From a virus (taxonomy: Duplodnaviria; Caudoviricetes): DNA of 47,345 bases. Below, in pieces: positions 1 to 9,423 of the stretch. How positions within the stretch are numbered: the first letter of the stretch is position 1; each line of letters begins with the position of its first letter. The position numbers were made by a program, and so were the translations under genes. The stretch is from positions 1 through 47,345 of the IMG/VR virus record IMGVR_UViG_3300023082_000015; one strand, 5' to 3'. The notes beneath the pieces are model-generated. The model saw only the letters and a list, made by a program, of their open reading frames with translations. It was not told where the DNA came from and searched no databases.

Positions 1-126
1 GTGGCGAGATGCTCTGATAGACGGGTCTTCCTGGTTTGAATGCCCGCTCGAAACGCCATTGGGGTACCAGTTATACACTTGCAGATTTACTGACGTATAT
101 TCGGGGCCGTCTCGGGTGGGACCCGA
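1..126. repeat. Terminal overlap, copy 1 (circular assembly)
   Basis: nt 1-126 are identical to 47213-47338, and an ORF reads through the junction. Confidence 0.95.
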
Positions 127-265
127 CCTGTGGTCGTACAGTGGCGAACTGGAACTTCGCGAGCGAGCGGTTACGCCGGTAGGTACCGGAGAATTTCCGC
201 AGTACCTCCTGGAAGCGTCCATATTCGACATCGCGGTGAACAGCTACTGGCCTGCCTACCCGTAA
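1..265 (+). CDS. C-terminal part of lambda gpM-like/distal tail protein (starts at 47019)
   Basis: In-frame continuation of the ORF from 47019 (..WWRDALIDGSSWFECPLETPLGYQLYTCRF..) to TAA at 265. Confidence 0.75.
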   Translation, partial: WRDALIDGSSWFECPLETPLGYQLYTCRFTDVYSGPSRVGPDLWSYSGELELRERAVTPVGTGEFPQYLLEASIFDIAVNSYWPAYP

Positions 266-293
266 GGCTTTCGACAACCTAGAGGGAAAATAA

Positions 294-2288
294 ATGAGCT
301 TTAATACCGGAAACCCTCTTGGGTCTAATGAATTCAAGGACCTCAGCGATAACGCCCAAAATTTTGATAGCGCGCTGAACGCATTTGTTGCGTCTTGGGT
401 TGACCGGTTCGGGCGCGACCGCAAGACCTGGTATGGATTCGAGCAAGACTTTAACGCCTTCCTGGTCAACAATGGCTACGAGGCGGTACACCTCGTTTAC
501 ACACCCGGTTCACCGTTGACCGTGCTACGCGCTACCCAGTTAATCGACTATAACGGTTCTGTCTATCGTGTGAAGATGCCTGCAACGTTGCCGGTGAACC
601 TCACAGGAACATGGGCTACTGATTCCGCCAGGCTTGTGGATATCGGCGATCAGTCGCTGCGGCAGGCCTTGGCAGCACCTGGTGGCGCGGCACTTATCGG
701 CGATACCGTATCGGGTAACGTGGCTGCTGCCCTGGCCGCCCTGAGAGCAGCAGACGCGGACCTATACAAAAAGGTTAACGGCTACGCTTCCGCACCCGTG
801 ACCTCGGGAACGGTAACGCTGAACCCTTCGACGGCCTCGACATTCGGTACGGTGTTGTCGGCTAACGTCACGACGCTTAACCTCAACGGTGCGGCTTCCG
901 GGGTAAAAGTCGAGGTCGACTGGATTTTGAGCCAGCCGACCACGGGCATTTACACCGTCGCTACCCCGTCTAACGTCATGCTGCCGAATGGCGTAACTTC
1001 CATGGTTTCAACCGCGCGCCGTGGTGATATCACTTTGTGCCGTTTGACTACTGTCGATGGCGGCGTCACCTGGCTTTACGAACGCCGTGCAGTTTATAGC
1101 GTAGTGTTGCCGTCGCTGTTGCCGCCTATTGCTGACGACAACGCCACATTCAACGACAACGCCACCGCTACTACGGGCTGGACGAATACAAACTCCACCC
1201 TGACTGTCGGTTCGGGATTTCTGAAGCATTCTAAAACGGCCGGCGGTACGAGTAGTTCAAGTGTGAAAGCGGTTACATTGCCCACGGCTAACCGAGATTT
1301 CATAATTTATATAAAAGCTCGGGCAAGTAACGCAGCCAGCAGAACTAGTGTTATTTGGCTCACCGACGGCACTCGTGAACTCGGCGTGTGGTTTAGCTCC
1401 GCCAACGGCGGTGACAGCAGCGCGGCTAACGCTATGAGCATTACCGGATACACGACTGCTCGTCAGGTTGCGGCGATCAGCCTTGGTTCGGTTGACTACG
1501 AAGCCGCTTTCGTGGAAATGGCGCTCCAGTATGACAGCACCTTCGGGACCGCAACTCTATACTTCAAAAAGTCCGACGGAACCTGGGAGTATAAGGCACG
1601 CGTACTGCACACCTGGTTCGCCCCGCCGAACATTGCTATACAAACCCCCAGCGCCTCCTTGGCCGGGACTTATATCGACCTTGGTTACCTGACAGTAGCA
1701 AGGCCCAACATTATTGCCCTGGGCGATTCGATTGTTGCCGGATCTACCGGGTTTAACCCTAACCCGTCGCTATCTCTGACCGACGGCACCAGCCGGTGGA
1801 TGCAGTACACCCGGATTTACGCCGGCTTGCGAAATAACCTAGTTGTCAACAAGGGTCGAGGCGGCAATACCAGTGCACAGATGCTGGCGCGAATGTCAGA
1901 GGTCACTGATCAGGGCGGTCGTGTTCTTTTGCTTCAGGCTAGCTCAAACGACAATTTCCAAGGTGTTTCGCAGTCGACGCGTACAACCACAATTCAGAAC
2001 ATCATAAATGCGGCAACTGCTGCAGGCATGACCACTGCTTTGATGAATGGTCTTTACGGTGTTGCCGGTTCCGTAGACAACACAGCGCCTTACGATTTGC
2101 GCAACTACAATAAAACCTGGTGGGAAACTTCGCGGCCGACTTTGACCGGCGTCTATGTTGCTTTCGATGTGGCTTCCGCGATTAACCTCAGCACCGGCTA
2201 CCAAGATCCTGCTTTGACACAGGCCGATAAACTTCACCCTAACCCCGCCGGGTACGCAGCTATCGGGGCCGCAATCTCCGAAGGATGA
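294..2288 (+). CDS. Tailspike/receptor-binding protein with C-terminal SGNH/GDSL esterase
   Basis: N-terminal virion-attachment region (FNTGNPLGS..DLSDNAQNFD), beta-rich middle, SGNH blocks GDSIVAG, NKGRGG, SSND, DKLHPN. Confidence 0.85.
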   Translation: MSFNTGNPLGSNEFKDLSDNAQNFDSALNAFVASWVDRFGRDRKTWYGFEQDFNAFLVNNGYEAVHLVYTPGSPLTVLRATQLIDYNGSVYRVKMPATLPVNLTGTWATDSARLVDIGDQSLRQALAAPGGAALIGDTVSGNVAAALAALRAADADLYKKVNGYASAPVTSGTVTLNPSTASTFGTVLSANVTTLNLNGAASGVKVEVDWILSQPTTGIYTVATPSNVMLPNGVTSMVSTARRGDITLCRLTTVDGGVTWLYERRAVYSVVLPSLLPPIADDNATFNDNATATTGWTNTNSTLTVGSGFLKHSKTAGGTSSSSVKAVTLPTANRDFIIYIKARASNAASRTSVIWLTDGTRELGVWFSSANGGDSSAANAMSITGYTTARQVAAISLGSVDYEAAFVEMALQYDSTFGTATLYFKKSDGTWEYKARVLHTWFAPPNIAIQTPSASLAGTYIDLGYLTVARPNIIALGDSIVAGSTGFNPNPSLSLTDGTSRWMQYTRIYAGLRNNLVVNKGRGGNTSAQMLARMSEVTDQGGRVLLLQASSNDNFQGVSQSTRTTTIQNIINAATAAGMTTALMNGLYGVAGSVDNTAPYDLRNYNKTWWETSRPTLTGVYVAFDVASAINLSTGYQDPALTQADKLHPNPAGYAAIGAAISEG

Positions 2289-2310
2289 CGGCGCGGATCT
2301 TTCCGTGACC

Positions 2311-2320
2311 GTGGTACACT
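2311..2320 (+). promoter_or_regulatory. Extended -10 type late promoter candidate (GTGGTACACT)
   Basis: Lies upstream of the lysis cassette; similar motifs at 26050, 33316 and 36681. Confidence 0.45.
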
Positions 2321-2356
2321 GGCGACCATCTTTGACCGACCTCCAGGGGCGCCGCG

Positions 2357-2746
2357 ATGTTCGACCAGTGTACCCGAGAAGCTGCCGCCCTATTCTGCAT
2401 GGTCGCCATGGCCGTACATCCTTGGGCGGCTACCGGCGCAGCCGTTGGTTGCTGCTTCCTGCTATTTGCGCCCATGGCGACCGCAGGGTGGCAGCGGCTT
2501 AAGCTCATCCCATTCTCGTTCGGCACCGGTTACGCCGGCGCGGTGTTCTTCTATGGCCGGGTGCCGGGGGAGCCCTGGAGCGAGAAAGCCATGCTGGTAG
2601 CCGTGGCACTTTCGGCTCTTTCCGCTGTCCTATTTACTGCCTTCTACTACGTGATCGACAAGAGTGGCCCCTTGCCAGCTTGGCTCGAATCTATTCTTGA
2701 TCGCATCCCTCTTTTCAAGCGGCGGAGCGACAGCGATGGAGTTTGA
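2357..2746 (+). CDS. Putative holin/antiholin membrane protein
   Basis: Several hydrophobic segments; first gene of the lysis cassette. Confidence 0.65.
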   Translation: MFDQCTREAAALFCMVAMAVHPWAATGAAVGCCFLLFAPMATAGWQRLKLIPFSFGTGYAGAVFFYGRVPGEPWSEKAMLVAVALSALSAVLFTAFYYVIDKSGPLPAWLESILDRIPLFKRRSDSDGV

Positions 2747-3032
2747 CAGCCTACTCACCGGCATCCGCATTTTCTTTCACCTGGGTATTGCCGCCCTCCT
2801 GCTCTCCTATCACCCGCGTGGCGCCCGCTACCGATTCTTCGTCTCAGCTCTTGCGGCAGTCCTGGCCATGTCCAACGCGGGCCTGGGCGTTGCTCTGTGG
2901 AGCGGCGCGATTGAGCCCAAGACGATGGGCGGCCAGTGGCTCAACGCCGGCGGGTGGGGTGCGGTATTTGGTGTTGTTATCATGTGCCGTGGTAACCTCG
3001 CGAAAATCGTTCCCAAAAGGGTCCACGCATGA
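2736..3032 (+). CDS. Putative holin (3 TM)
   Basis: Three hydrophobic helices and a basic C-terminus; GGAG RBS before ATG 2736; precedes the endolysin. Confidence 0.7.
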   Translation: MEFDSLLTGIRIFFHLGIAALLLSYHPRGARYRFFVSALAAVLAMSNAGLGVALWSGAIEPKTMGGQWLNAGGWGAVFGVVIMCRGNLAKIVPKRVHA

Positions 3033-3517
3033 ACCAGCTGCAACTCGATATCGAAGCAGGCCTCGCACTACTCCCTGTCACTCTGCGCACCGCTCACGCT
3101 AAAGTGCTGCTCTATGCAACCTCGCGCCAAGAGAATCCCAAGCGCCTGCCGAAGCAAGTCGGCGGCCCGGCCGTGGGCGACTACCAGTTCGAGTCCGGCG
3201 GAGGCGTAAAAGGCGTACTTGAGCATCCGTCGACCGCAGCGATGGCCGCGTCGGTGTGCAAGGCCCGAGGCATCGCGGCATCGCGGCTTACCGTTTACGA
3301 AGCATTGCAGCACGACCCGATCCTAGCCGCCGCGTTTGCCCGGTTACTCTACTACACCGATTCGGGCCGCATTCCGGCCGTAGGCAAAGAGCAAGAAGCG
3401 TGGGACATGTATCTGCGCACATGGCGCCCGGGCGCGTTCAAGCGTCAACCCGAGCAACTGCGAGCCAAATGGTCGAAGTCCTACAACGATGCGATGGTGG
3501 CGTATGGTCTGGCTTGA
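3029..3517 (+). CDS. Putative endolysin (lysozyme-like fold)
   Basis: Lies between holins and spanins; QE..R..Q.GGPA.G.YQFE.GGGV.GVL pattern. Confidence 0.7.
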   Translation: MNQLQLDIEAGLALLPVTLRTAHAKVLLYATSRQENPKRLPKQVGGPAVGDYQFESGGGVKGVLEHPSTAAMAASVCKARGIAASRLTVYEALQHDPILAAAFARLLYYTDSGRIPAVGKEQEAWDMYLRTWRPGAFKRQPEQLRAKWSKSYNDAMVAYGLA

Positions 3518-4028
3518 GCTGGCGAGACGCTGGTGGCCGGCCGTAGCCGTGGTAGCAGTACTCGGCATGTCACACTGGTTCACGTATCAACACGGCGTGA
3601 CGGTCACAGACGACACCTGGTCTGCGAGGTGGGAGAAGCGCAACACCGACGACGCGACGGCTCAGGTTGCCGCAGAGTCGACTGCCCGCGCCAAAGAACA
3701 AGCCCTGCAACAGCAAGCCGAAAAGGTACAACGTGATGCGACTCAAGCCCTCGAAACTGCCCGCACTGACGCTGCTGGTGAGCGTGCTGCTACTGAGCGG
3801 CTGCGCGGTGAACTCGCCAAGCTGCAAACCCGGCTCCGTGGAACCGGCGCGAGTGCCTCAGCTGGCACCAGCAGCGCGTCAGCAACCCGCGCCGCAATGG
3901 TGCTCTCCGAACTGTACGGAAGCTGTCAAAGCCGACTCGGAGAAGTCAGCAGCGCGTTTGACCGAGCTAGAATAGCCGGGCTGGCGTGCGAGGCGAGTTA
4001 CGAGGGGTTACGTAACGCGACCCATTGA
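3504..4028 (+). CDS. Rz-like inner-membrane spanin (DUF2514-like)
   Basis: N-terminal TM, coiled coil, C-terminal DRARIAGLACEASY. Confidence 0.85.
   Translation: MVWLELARRWWPAVAVVAVLGMSHWFTYQHGVTVTDDTWSARWEKRNTDDATAQVAAESTARAKEQALQQQAEKVQRDATQALETARTDAAGERAATERLRGELAKLQTRLRGTGASASAGTSSASATRAAMVLSELYGSCQSRLGEVSSAFDRARIAGLACEASYEGLRNATH
3736..3975 (+). CDS. Rz1-like outer-membrane spanin lipoprotein, nested in Rz
   Basis: +1 frame inside Rz; signal peptide with lipobox LLLSG-C; Pro-rich with extra Cys. Confidence 0.85.
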   Translation: MRLKPSKLPALTLLVSVLLLSGCAVNSPSCKPGSVEPARVPQLAPAARQQPAPQWCSPNCTEAVKADSEKSAARLTELE

Positions 4029-4489
4029 GGCCACAGGTTATCAACGGGGCGCTGCCATTCGCCTTTGTAATTCAGGCAGTTACCGGTTCCGCCGGGCGAG
4101 CCGTCCCACAGCGCACAGACTCTCACGGCCCGGTCGACCATCCACTCGTTGCGGATCTGCATTTTGTCAGCGGCGTACAGGCCCTCGCAGACTACAGTCA
4201 CGCTGGAGCACCGTTTGAGAATTCGGTGAAAATTGTTCTTGGACTCATTGGGCCATTGTGATTCCTGGCCTTCGAAAGGTATTGCAGCGTGAACCGGGAT
4301 ATTGAGCAACAGTGCCGCGTCGGCCCAGGCTTGGTCCCACCCAAGTGCCATGCCGGAGATAACGCCGTCGGGCTGCATGCGTTGCAAATAATCGTAGGCG
4401 AGTTTTAGCAGGAGTAATCGCACGTCGGCGCCGTAACCGCCGAGTTTGTTCGGCCGGTGACCCGTGGCAGCAATCAGCCCTTCCATCAC
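3998..4489 (-). CDS. SLOG family (YspA/DUF1273-like) protein
   Basis: TGHRP, ISGMALGWDQ, RNEWMVD and WDGSPGGT motifs. Confidence 0.85.
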   Translation of the reverse strand: MMEGLIAATGHRPNKLGGYGADVRLLLLKLAYDYLQRMQPDGVISGMALGWDQAWADAALLLNIPVHAAIPFEGQESQWPNESKNNFHRILKRCSSVTVVCEGLYAADKMQIRNEWMVDRAVRVCALWDGSPGGTGNCLNYKGEWQRPVDNLWPQWVALRNPS

Positions 4490-4728
4490 AGCACCTTCCC
4501 CGGCTCAGGCACTTCTGCCTTTGCCTTCTCGCCCATGAGCACCAGGAACCGCTCCTGTGACACGCAGTTGTAGCGCGGCGTCTGGCCTGTGTCGATGTTG
4601 TGCTGGTTGGCGGTGAGCGCCACTTGGTAGCAGCCGGCGTCGGAAGTCACCTCCATGTGTTTCGTGACGTCCAAGTAGGTGCAGATGTCGTCTGAGCACA
4701 GCCCTACGACGAGCAGTAGTGATAGCAT
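4486..4728 (-). CDS. Hypothetical exported Cys-containing protein
   Basis: Hydrophobic N-terminus, 4 Cys, overlap-coupled to the next gene. Confidence 0.6.
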   Translation of the reverse strand: MLSLLLVVGLCSDDICTYLDVTKHMEVTSDAGCYQVALTANQHNIDTGQTPRYNCVSQERFLVLMGEKAKAEVPEPGKVL

Positions 4729-4743
4729 TGCAGTAGTCTCCGA

Positions 4744-5160
4744 TCAGTAGTTGACCTTGGCCGGCGCCAGAAGGTCGAACTGTTTCCCAGTGAAGCCCAA
4801 ATCTTGGTAGCCGGCTTCGATTAATTTGGCTGGGTCAATTGCACCCCAGGCGGCCAGGACGTGCTCGCATTTAGCCAATGCCGATTTCAAGTGACGACGC
4901 TGCGCCTGTTTCCGGATGTTGAAAGAACGCAACGCCGCTTCCATAGTCGATTGAGCGTAGCGCGAGCCCTCTTTCGGCGCCCACCGTTTATGCTCGCCTT
5001 CCCATTCGGGGAAAGTACCCAGGTGCGAATAGTGGTACTCGTCAAGTAACCAGTAACCCGCGGGAGTTTCGCGCAAAACCACCAGTTTCTCGACCGATAG
5101 GTGAACCGCGCCATTCTCCGACCACAAGTCGTGGATGCGGTAGTGCACAGGCCCGTTCAT
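4744..5160 (-). CDS. Hypothetical protein
   Basis: GGAGG RBS; tightly packed operon. Confidence 0.65.
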   Translation of the reverse strand: MNGPVHYRIHDLWSENGAVHLSVEKLVVLRETPAGYWLLDEYHYSHLGTFPEWEGEHKRWAPKEGSRYAQSTMEAALRSFNIRKQAQRRHLKSALAKCEHVLAAWGAIDPAKLIEAGYQDLGFTGKQFDLLAPAKVNY

Positions 5161-5516
5161 TTGAGCCTCCCGCATTGCACGTAGTGGAGGACCTGGCGGA
5201 CGAGTTCGCGATCGAGGCCAAGGGCGGCCACGGGTTCGTGTTGCGACATGAGTTCCGCGCAGCGCTCACGCATCAAACGCAGCTCTACGTTAATAGAAGC
5301 AGCGTTCGCTTCGGCCCGAGCCAAGCGGGTTTCGGTCTGTGCGGCCATGTACGCGGGGAAGTCGCGCGAGGCAGGCTCGCTCAGCACTCGAAGCGCCGCG
5401 TTAGCATCCATGAGCAGGGCTAAGTGGCCGCGGGTGGGCGCGCACAATTCGCCTGGCACTGGCGCCCGCGTAAACTCGTAAATCTCGTCGATCAACTTGC
5501 GGTAGGTATCGGTCAC
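5157..5516 (-). CDS. Hypothetical protein
   Basis: Overlap-coupled in the leftward operon. Confidence 0.6.
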   Translation of the reverse strand: MTDTYRKLIDEIYEFTRAPVPGELCAPTRGHLALLMDANAALRVLSEPASRDFPAYMAAQTETRLARAEANAASINVELRLMRERCAELMSQHEPVAALGLDRELVRQVLHYVQCGRLK

Positions 5517-5616
5517 TCTACAACTCCCTGCGGCCAGATGCCGCGTACGTGTTCAATTGCTTCGGCCCGCGACATCGGCGCGCCCACCATCGAGAACGAT
5601 GGGCGCCCGGGCAGCG

Positions 5617-5835
5617 TCACGAGCCAGTGTGCTTTGGCAGACGATCGGCTACGAAGTGGCGGACCATCTCGCCGGTGATCGTCGTGTCGAGGCCCTCGTC
5701 TGAGCCGTCGAGTTTAATGTCGATCAAACCGAGCCCTTGGGCCATCCAGGCGCCGGCCTTGACGCCAACCCGCTCGCACGCTTCCAACGACTCGGCCAAG
5801 GTCAACAGTGCTTCAGCCTGTGCGCGGGTGATCAT
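5617..5835 (-). CDS. Hypothetical protein (MITRAQAEALL..)
   Basis: ATGA coupling to the upstream ORF; resembles the N-terminus of 15672..16091. Confidence 0.6.
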   Translation of the reverse strand: MITRAQAEALLTLAESLEACERVGVKAGAWMAQGLGLIDIKLDGSDEGLDTTITGEMVRHFVADRLPKHTGS

Positions 5836-5996
5836 GGCTGCATCATCCGTTTGATCGCGGCGGTGGTAGCCGAGACTGCGTCGTTCTGTGCGACGGTGCA
5901 GACCTTCGCCACGTGTTGCGGGCAGAGAACAATGCCGCTGACGGTGATCCAGGTGCCGGGCTGCCAGGCGCGGGTGTTGAGTGCTGATGGTTTCAT
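5832..5996 (-). CDS. Hypothetical 54-aa protein (not in ORF track)
   Basis: MKPSALNTRAWQPG..; ATGA overlaps at both ends; GGAG RBS. Confidence 0.55.
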   Translation of the reverse strand: MKPSALNTRAWQPGTWITVSGIVLCPQHVAKVCTVAQNDAVSATTAAIKRMMQP

Positions 5997-6163
5997 GGCT
6001 TGCGTACTCCAAGGAGTTGATCCGGGTTGACGCGCATCCGCAGTGTGCCGACTGTCACGTCGTAAGTGTCCGTGCCCACCGCGACCACTTTGGCGAGCGA
6101 CTTGTGATAGTCGCTGCTGGGGTCGTTGATACGTACGGTCTGTTTCGGTTTGAAACGGTTCAT
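5993..6163 (-). CDS. Hypothetical 56-aa protein, KOW/SH3-like pattern (not in ORF track)
   Basis: MNRFKPKQTVRINDPSSDYHKSLAKVVAVG..; AGGA RBS. Confidence 0.55.
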   Translation of the reverse strand: MNRFKPKQTVRINDPSSDYHKSLAKVVAVGTDTYDVTVGTLRMRVNPDQLLGVRKP

Positions 6164-6231
6164 GGCGTAAGTCGTCCTATAGCTGTTACTGGCAAAGCCC
6201 CAGTTAAGGGGCTTGAGGTGGGCGTGGCTGG

Positions 6232-6444
6232 TTATTGGATTGGCGGGGCTTTGCTACAGACCGGCCCCAAACCTACCCAGTGGACAGAGTCCGATTCTTC
6301 GTCGTAAAACCACTTTCTAAGCCTTAAACTCTCAACAGCCTCCGAAAGGGATGAACAAATCCCGCAATCTTGTAAGGCCTTGGCTAAGCCTTCGCCCCAA
6401 AAATACATATGGGCACAAACGCATTTCACCTCACCGTCCGTCAT
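6232..6444 (-). CDS. Hypothetical protein
   Basis: Packed leftward ORF followed by hairpin AAGCCCC-N5-GGGGCTT near 6195-6213. Confidence 0.45.
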   Translation of the reverse strand: MTDGEVKCVCAHMYFWGEGLAKALQDCGICSSLSEAVESLRLRKWFYDEESDSVHWVGLGPVCSKAPPIQ

Positions 6445-6637
6445 TCTTTCGGTCTCCGATATCCAGAAGCCCTAAGTCCCGCAATTCTTTAGCTGCGGGG
6501 ACCAGCCCCATGCTCCCCGCGCAGTCTTTTAAAGTCCTCTCTATCTCCTCGTCGCTAGTATCTAGCGCCCCCTGGTTTCGCATGCACCCGATTATTTGGA
6601 AGCGGTACTTCTCAGCGTATAGAGAAGCCCTGGTCAT
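6431..6637 (-). CDS. Hypothetical protein
   Basis: ATGA overlap with the upstream ORF. Confidence 0.55.
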   Translation of the reverse strand: MTRASLYAEKYRFQIIGCMRNQGALDTSDEEIERTLKDCAGSMGLVPAAKELRDLGLLDIGDRKNDGR

Positions 6638-6798
6638 TTCAGCATGCCTTCCAAGTTAGCCTTGTGGCTGCGGTAGAAACCCAATAATTCAGCGGTTTCA
6701 GCAGGACGCAATGCAGGATTACGGATCTGTTCTTTAGCGATGAAGCGGGAGCACTCGGCGATAGCATCTTGAATTCTGCGGATTTGGTCGGCGGTCAT
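6634..6798 (-). CDS. Small early hypothetical protein
   Basis: First gene after the GTGACA-N17-GATACT promoter; GGAGCA RBS. Confidence 0.65.
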   Translation of the reverse strand: MTADQIRRIQDAIAECSRFIAKEQIRNPALRPAETAELLGFYRSHKANLEGMLK

Positions 6799-6832
6799 TT
6801 TGTCTTGCTCCGTTGTTCGTTTCGATGTGCCC

Positions 6833-6862
6833 AGTATCCCTAAAGTTGACACGACTGTCACC
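6833..6862 (-). promoter_or_regulatory. Sigma70-like promoter with palindromic operator
   Basis: Minus strand GTGACA-N17-GATACT; GTTGAC-acgact-GTCACC at 6845-6862. Confidence 0.65.
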
Positions 6863-6876
6863 TACCGTCCGTCGGA

Positions 6877-9414
6877 TCATTTCTTGTACCGTTTCGCTCT
6901 ATAAGTCCCACCGCATCGAACGGGCCAGCCTGCCGCCCACTCGGGTAACTGGGCCATGAGCGCCTCGAATTCTGCCTCGCTGCCGTAGCCTTCGGGCACC
7001 TCAGATACGATTTCGTCGTGGACACGCATTACCACGGGGTAGCCTGCGCGCTCCAGGCGCACCACGGCGGCAGACATGAGGTCGCGGGCCGTAGCCTGGA
7101 CAATGTTTTCCACCAGTCGGCCGGCGTATGTGTCCATGCGGTTCCATCCCAACGGCCCCATACCCGGGTTGCTGTTCCACGTCATATACGACAGCGACCA
7201 GGTTTGAATACCGGTAAACCGCTCTGTGCGGTCCGCGCGCGGCGAGTGGTAGGTCAGGCGTCGGCCGCTCAGCAGCGTGACGAACATCGTGTTGTCGAGC
7301 ACCTGGAACTTGATGCCGCGGTACTCGAACGTTTCGCCTGGGCACTGAACGGCATTGAGAAACATGCCCTCATAACCGTAGTTCTCAAACTTGGTAGGCT
7401 TCCAGGGTTTGCCGCGCGTCTGGCCGCCGGCGCACTCCTTGAGCATTGGCGACGCTTCCTGCCACTTGATGATCAGCGCCTTCACTTCGTCGTCGGTAAA
7501 GTTGTCCGTTTTGTCGAAGTTGCGCCACGCCCCGACCCAGCCCATGAACCCCAGGGCCAGCTCGGCAACCTTGCCGATTTTGTTCCGGTCCGGGTGATGG
7601 GTACCGTGCTCCTTGCGGTACGCCTCGTACCACTCGTAAGTCTTGCCTGTCACGCCCGCAGCACCGTGGTAGTAGATCGACTCGCCGCGGTGGAAAGCGT
7701 CAATGCGCCACTGTTCGCCAGCGAGCACCGCCAGGACCACGGCTTCGATGGCGCTGTAGTCGGAGCAGAGTAGCTCCTTGCCGGGCTCGGCCACCAGTAG
7801 CGACCGGACGCAACCGGAGATTGTCAGGACAGCGTCGCCGAAGAAATACTCGACCAGCTCTAGGTTACCGTGGCGCATGATCGCCAGTGCGTCCTCGACG
7901 GCCTCCCAGGTCCAACCCTTCTCCCCTTCCGGGCTGCGATCAGTGCTGAATGCGGAGTCAGCGCCACACCACGGGCAGCCGTGCGCCTTGAAAGCATATG
8001 GCTTGCCGCAGCCGGCGTTCTCGCACCAGCGGATGTTGGGCCCCGACTTCGGCAGGTTGCCCGGCTGCACATCCGCGTGAGTGTCGCGGCCGGTGCGGGC
8101 ACCGTGGTAGATAAACAGGTCGCAGAGCCGAGCGTCGCGCGTGGCCATGCGCGCCATGGCGTAGACTTTCTTGACCGCTGCGGAGCCGATCAGGTTGCGG
8201 ATTTCCAGTGCGCGGATGACCCCGTCGATGTTGTCCCACTTTTTCAGTACCGCAATAGCTTCCTCGATCGCCTCACTGTCGCCCGACTTCATACGGTAGC
8301 CGGTGCAGTCGGCGACCCACTCCTGCAATTTGGAAATTTCCGAAGCGCGTGCCACGGTGCCGCCAGTGATCTGGTACAGCTCGGCGTTGTACTTGCGGTG
8401 CGCCTGGTCGAGCACGCTGATACAAGCGTTCACCGACTCCAGGTCGACGCCCACGCCGCGCCAGTTGCACGCCTGATCGGCTAGCCAGTAGTCCAGCTCC
8501 TGCGGGATCAGGTCGGGCATACGAGCGCTGGCGCCAGCTTCGGCCACGATGTCCTGGTCACAGTAGCTGTACAGCTTCTGTGCGTTGTCGGGATCATCGG
8601 CGCAGTTGATGCGCGTGCGGCGGTCGGCTTTCGTTGGATTGCGCGGCCAGCTGAAGCGTTCGAGCTGCTTCTTGCCGTCCTTGTCCTTGCCGATCGGCAC
8701 CCGCAGCACCTCTGCCAGGTTGCCCAGCGCGCCCGGCAGCGAGTATGCGCGTGCTTTCGCCATGCTGCAGCGCATCTGCCGCAGGTCGATGGCGGGCCAT
8801 CCCCAGCGCTCGTGCAGCACACGCGTTGCAACACGGAATTCAAACATGCTGTTGTGGGTTTCGATGAGGCCACGCTGCTCGTAGCTCGGCGGCGCACTGG
8901 CGTCGAACTGGGCCAGGTGCTGAATCAAGTCCAGCGGCAGCGACATGCCGGGTAGCCACATATGCCGGCCGGTGCCGTCTTTCAAGTCGTATGCCAGGCA
9001 CAGCACCTCGGTAGAGGGGTCGTCGGCGTATTTGGCAGCGCCGATGGCAGGCAAGCCTTTCTTCGTGGCACCGGCCGGGGGCTTGAACTTCTGCGACAGC
9101 TCGTCCCACTCGAACCCAGCGGCGCTGAACGTCTCAAAGTCCATGTCGGGTAACACGGTGGAATAGCCCCACGCAACCGGCAGGCGCTGCCCGGCGCGCA
9201 AAAGGTTCAGGGGCGGCAGCGGGGCCGATGCGATAGGTGGCGGGGGTGCGGGGGCCAGGCCAGGCGGTGGAGGCGCAGGTTTTACAACGCCCCACTGAAT
9301 AGCTCTTTGCTCGTGGAACGCTTCCCCCGTCACGTCTTCAACCAAACCGTCGCCGGGCTCAAAGGTCGGCCCCCAAAAGTAACAGCTTGACTCGGGGTGG
9401 TAGTGCAAGAACAT
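6877..9414 (-). CDS. Family A DNA polymerase with 3'-5' exonuclease
   Basis: Exo I DMDFET; motif A SDYSAIE; motif B GKVAELALGF; motif C RVHDEIV. Confidence 0.93.
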   Translation of the reverse strand: MFLHYHPESSCYFWGPTFEPGDGLVEDVTGEAFHEQRAIQWGVVKPAPPPPGLAPAPPPPIASAPLPPLNLLRAGQRLPVAWGYSTVLPDMDFETFSAAGFEWDELSQKFKPPAGATKKGLPAIGAAKYADDPSTEVLCLAYDLKDGTGRHMWLPGMSLPLDLIQHLAQFDASAPPSYEQRGLIETHNSMFEFRVATRVLHERWGWPAIDLRQMRCSMAKARAYSLPGALGNLAEVLRVPIGKDKDGKKQLERFSWPRNPTKADRRTRINCADDPDNAQKLYSYCDQDIVAEAGASARMPDLIPQELDYWLADQACNWRGVGVDLESVNACISVLDQAHRKYNAELYQITGGTVARASEISKLQEWVADCTGYRMKSGDSEAIEEAIAVLKKWDNIDGVIRALEIRNLIGSAAVKKVYAMARMATRDARLCDLFIYHGARTGRDTHADVQPGNLPKSGPNIRWCENAGCGKPYAFKAHGCPWCGADSAFSTDRSPEGEKGWTWEAVEDALAIMRHGNLELVEYFFGDAVLTISGCVRSLLVAEPGKELLCSDYSAIEAVVLAVLAGEQWRIDAFHRGESIYYHGAAGVTGKTYEWYEAYRKEHGTHHPDRNKIGKVAELALGFMGWVGAWRNFDKTDNFTDDEVKALIIKWQEASPMLKECAGGQTRGKPWKPTKFENYGYEGMFLNAVQCPGETFEYRGIKFQVLDNTMFVTLLSGRRLTYHSPRADRTERFTGIQTWSLSYMTWNSNPGMGPLGWNRMDTYAGRLVENIVQATARDLMSAAVVRLERAGYPVVMRVHDEIVSEVPEGYGSEAEFEALMAQLPEWAAGWPVRCGGTYRAKRYKK

Positions 9415-9423
9415 AACCTGCTC

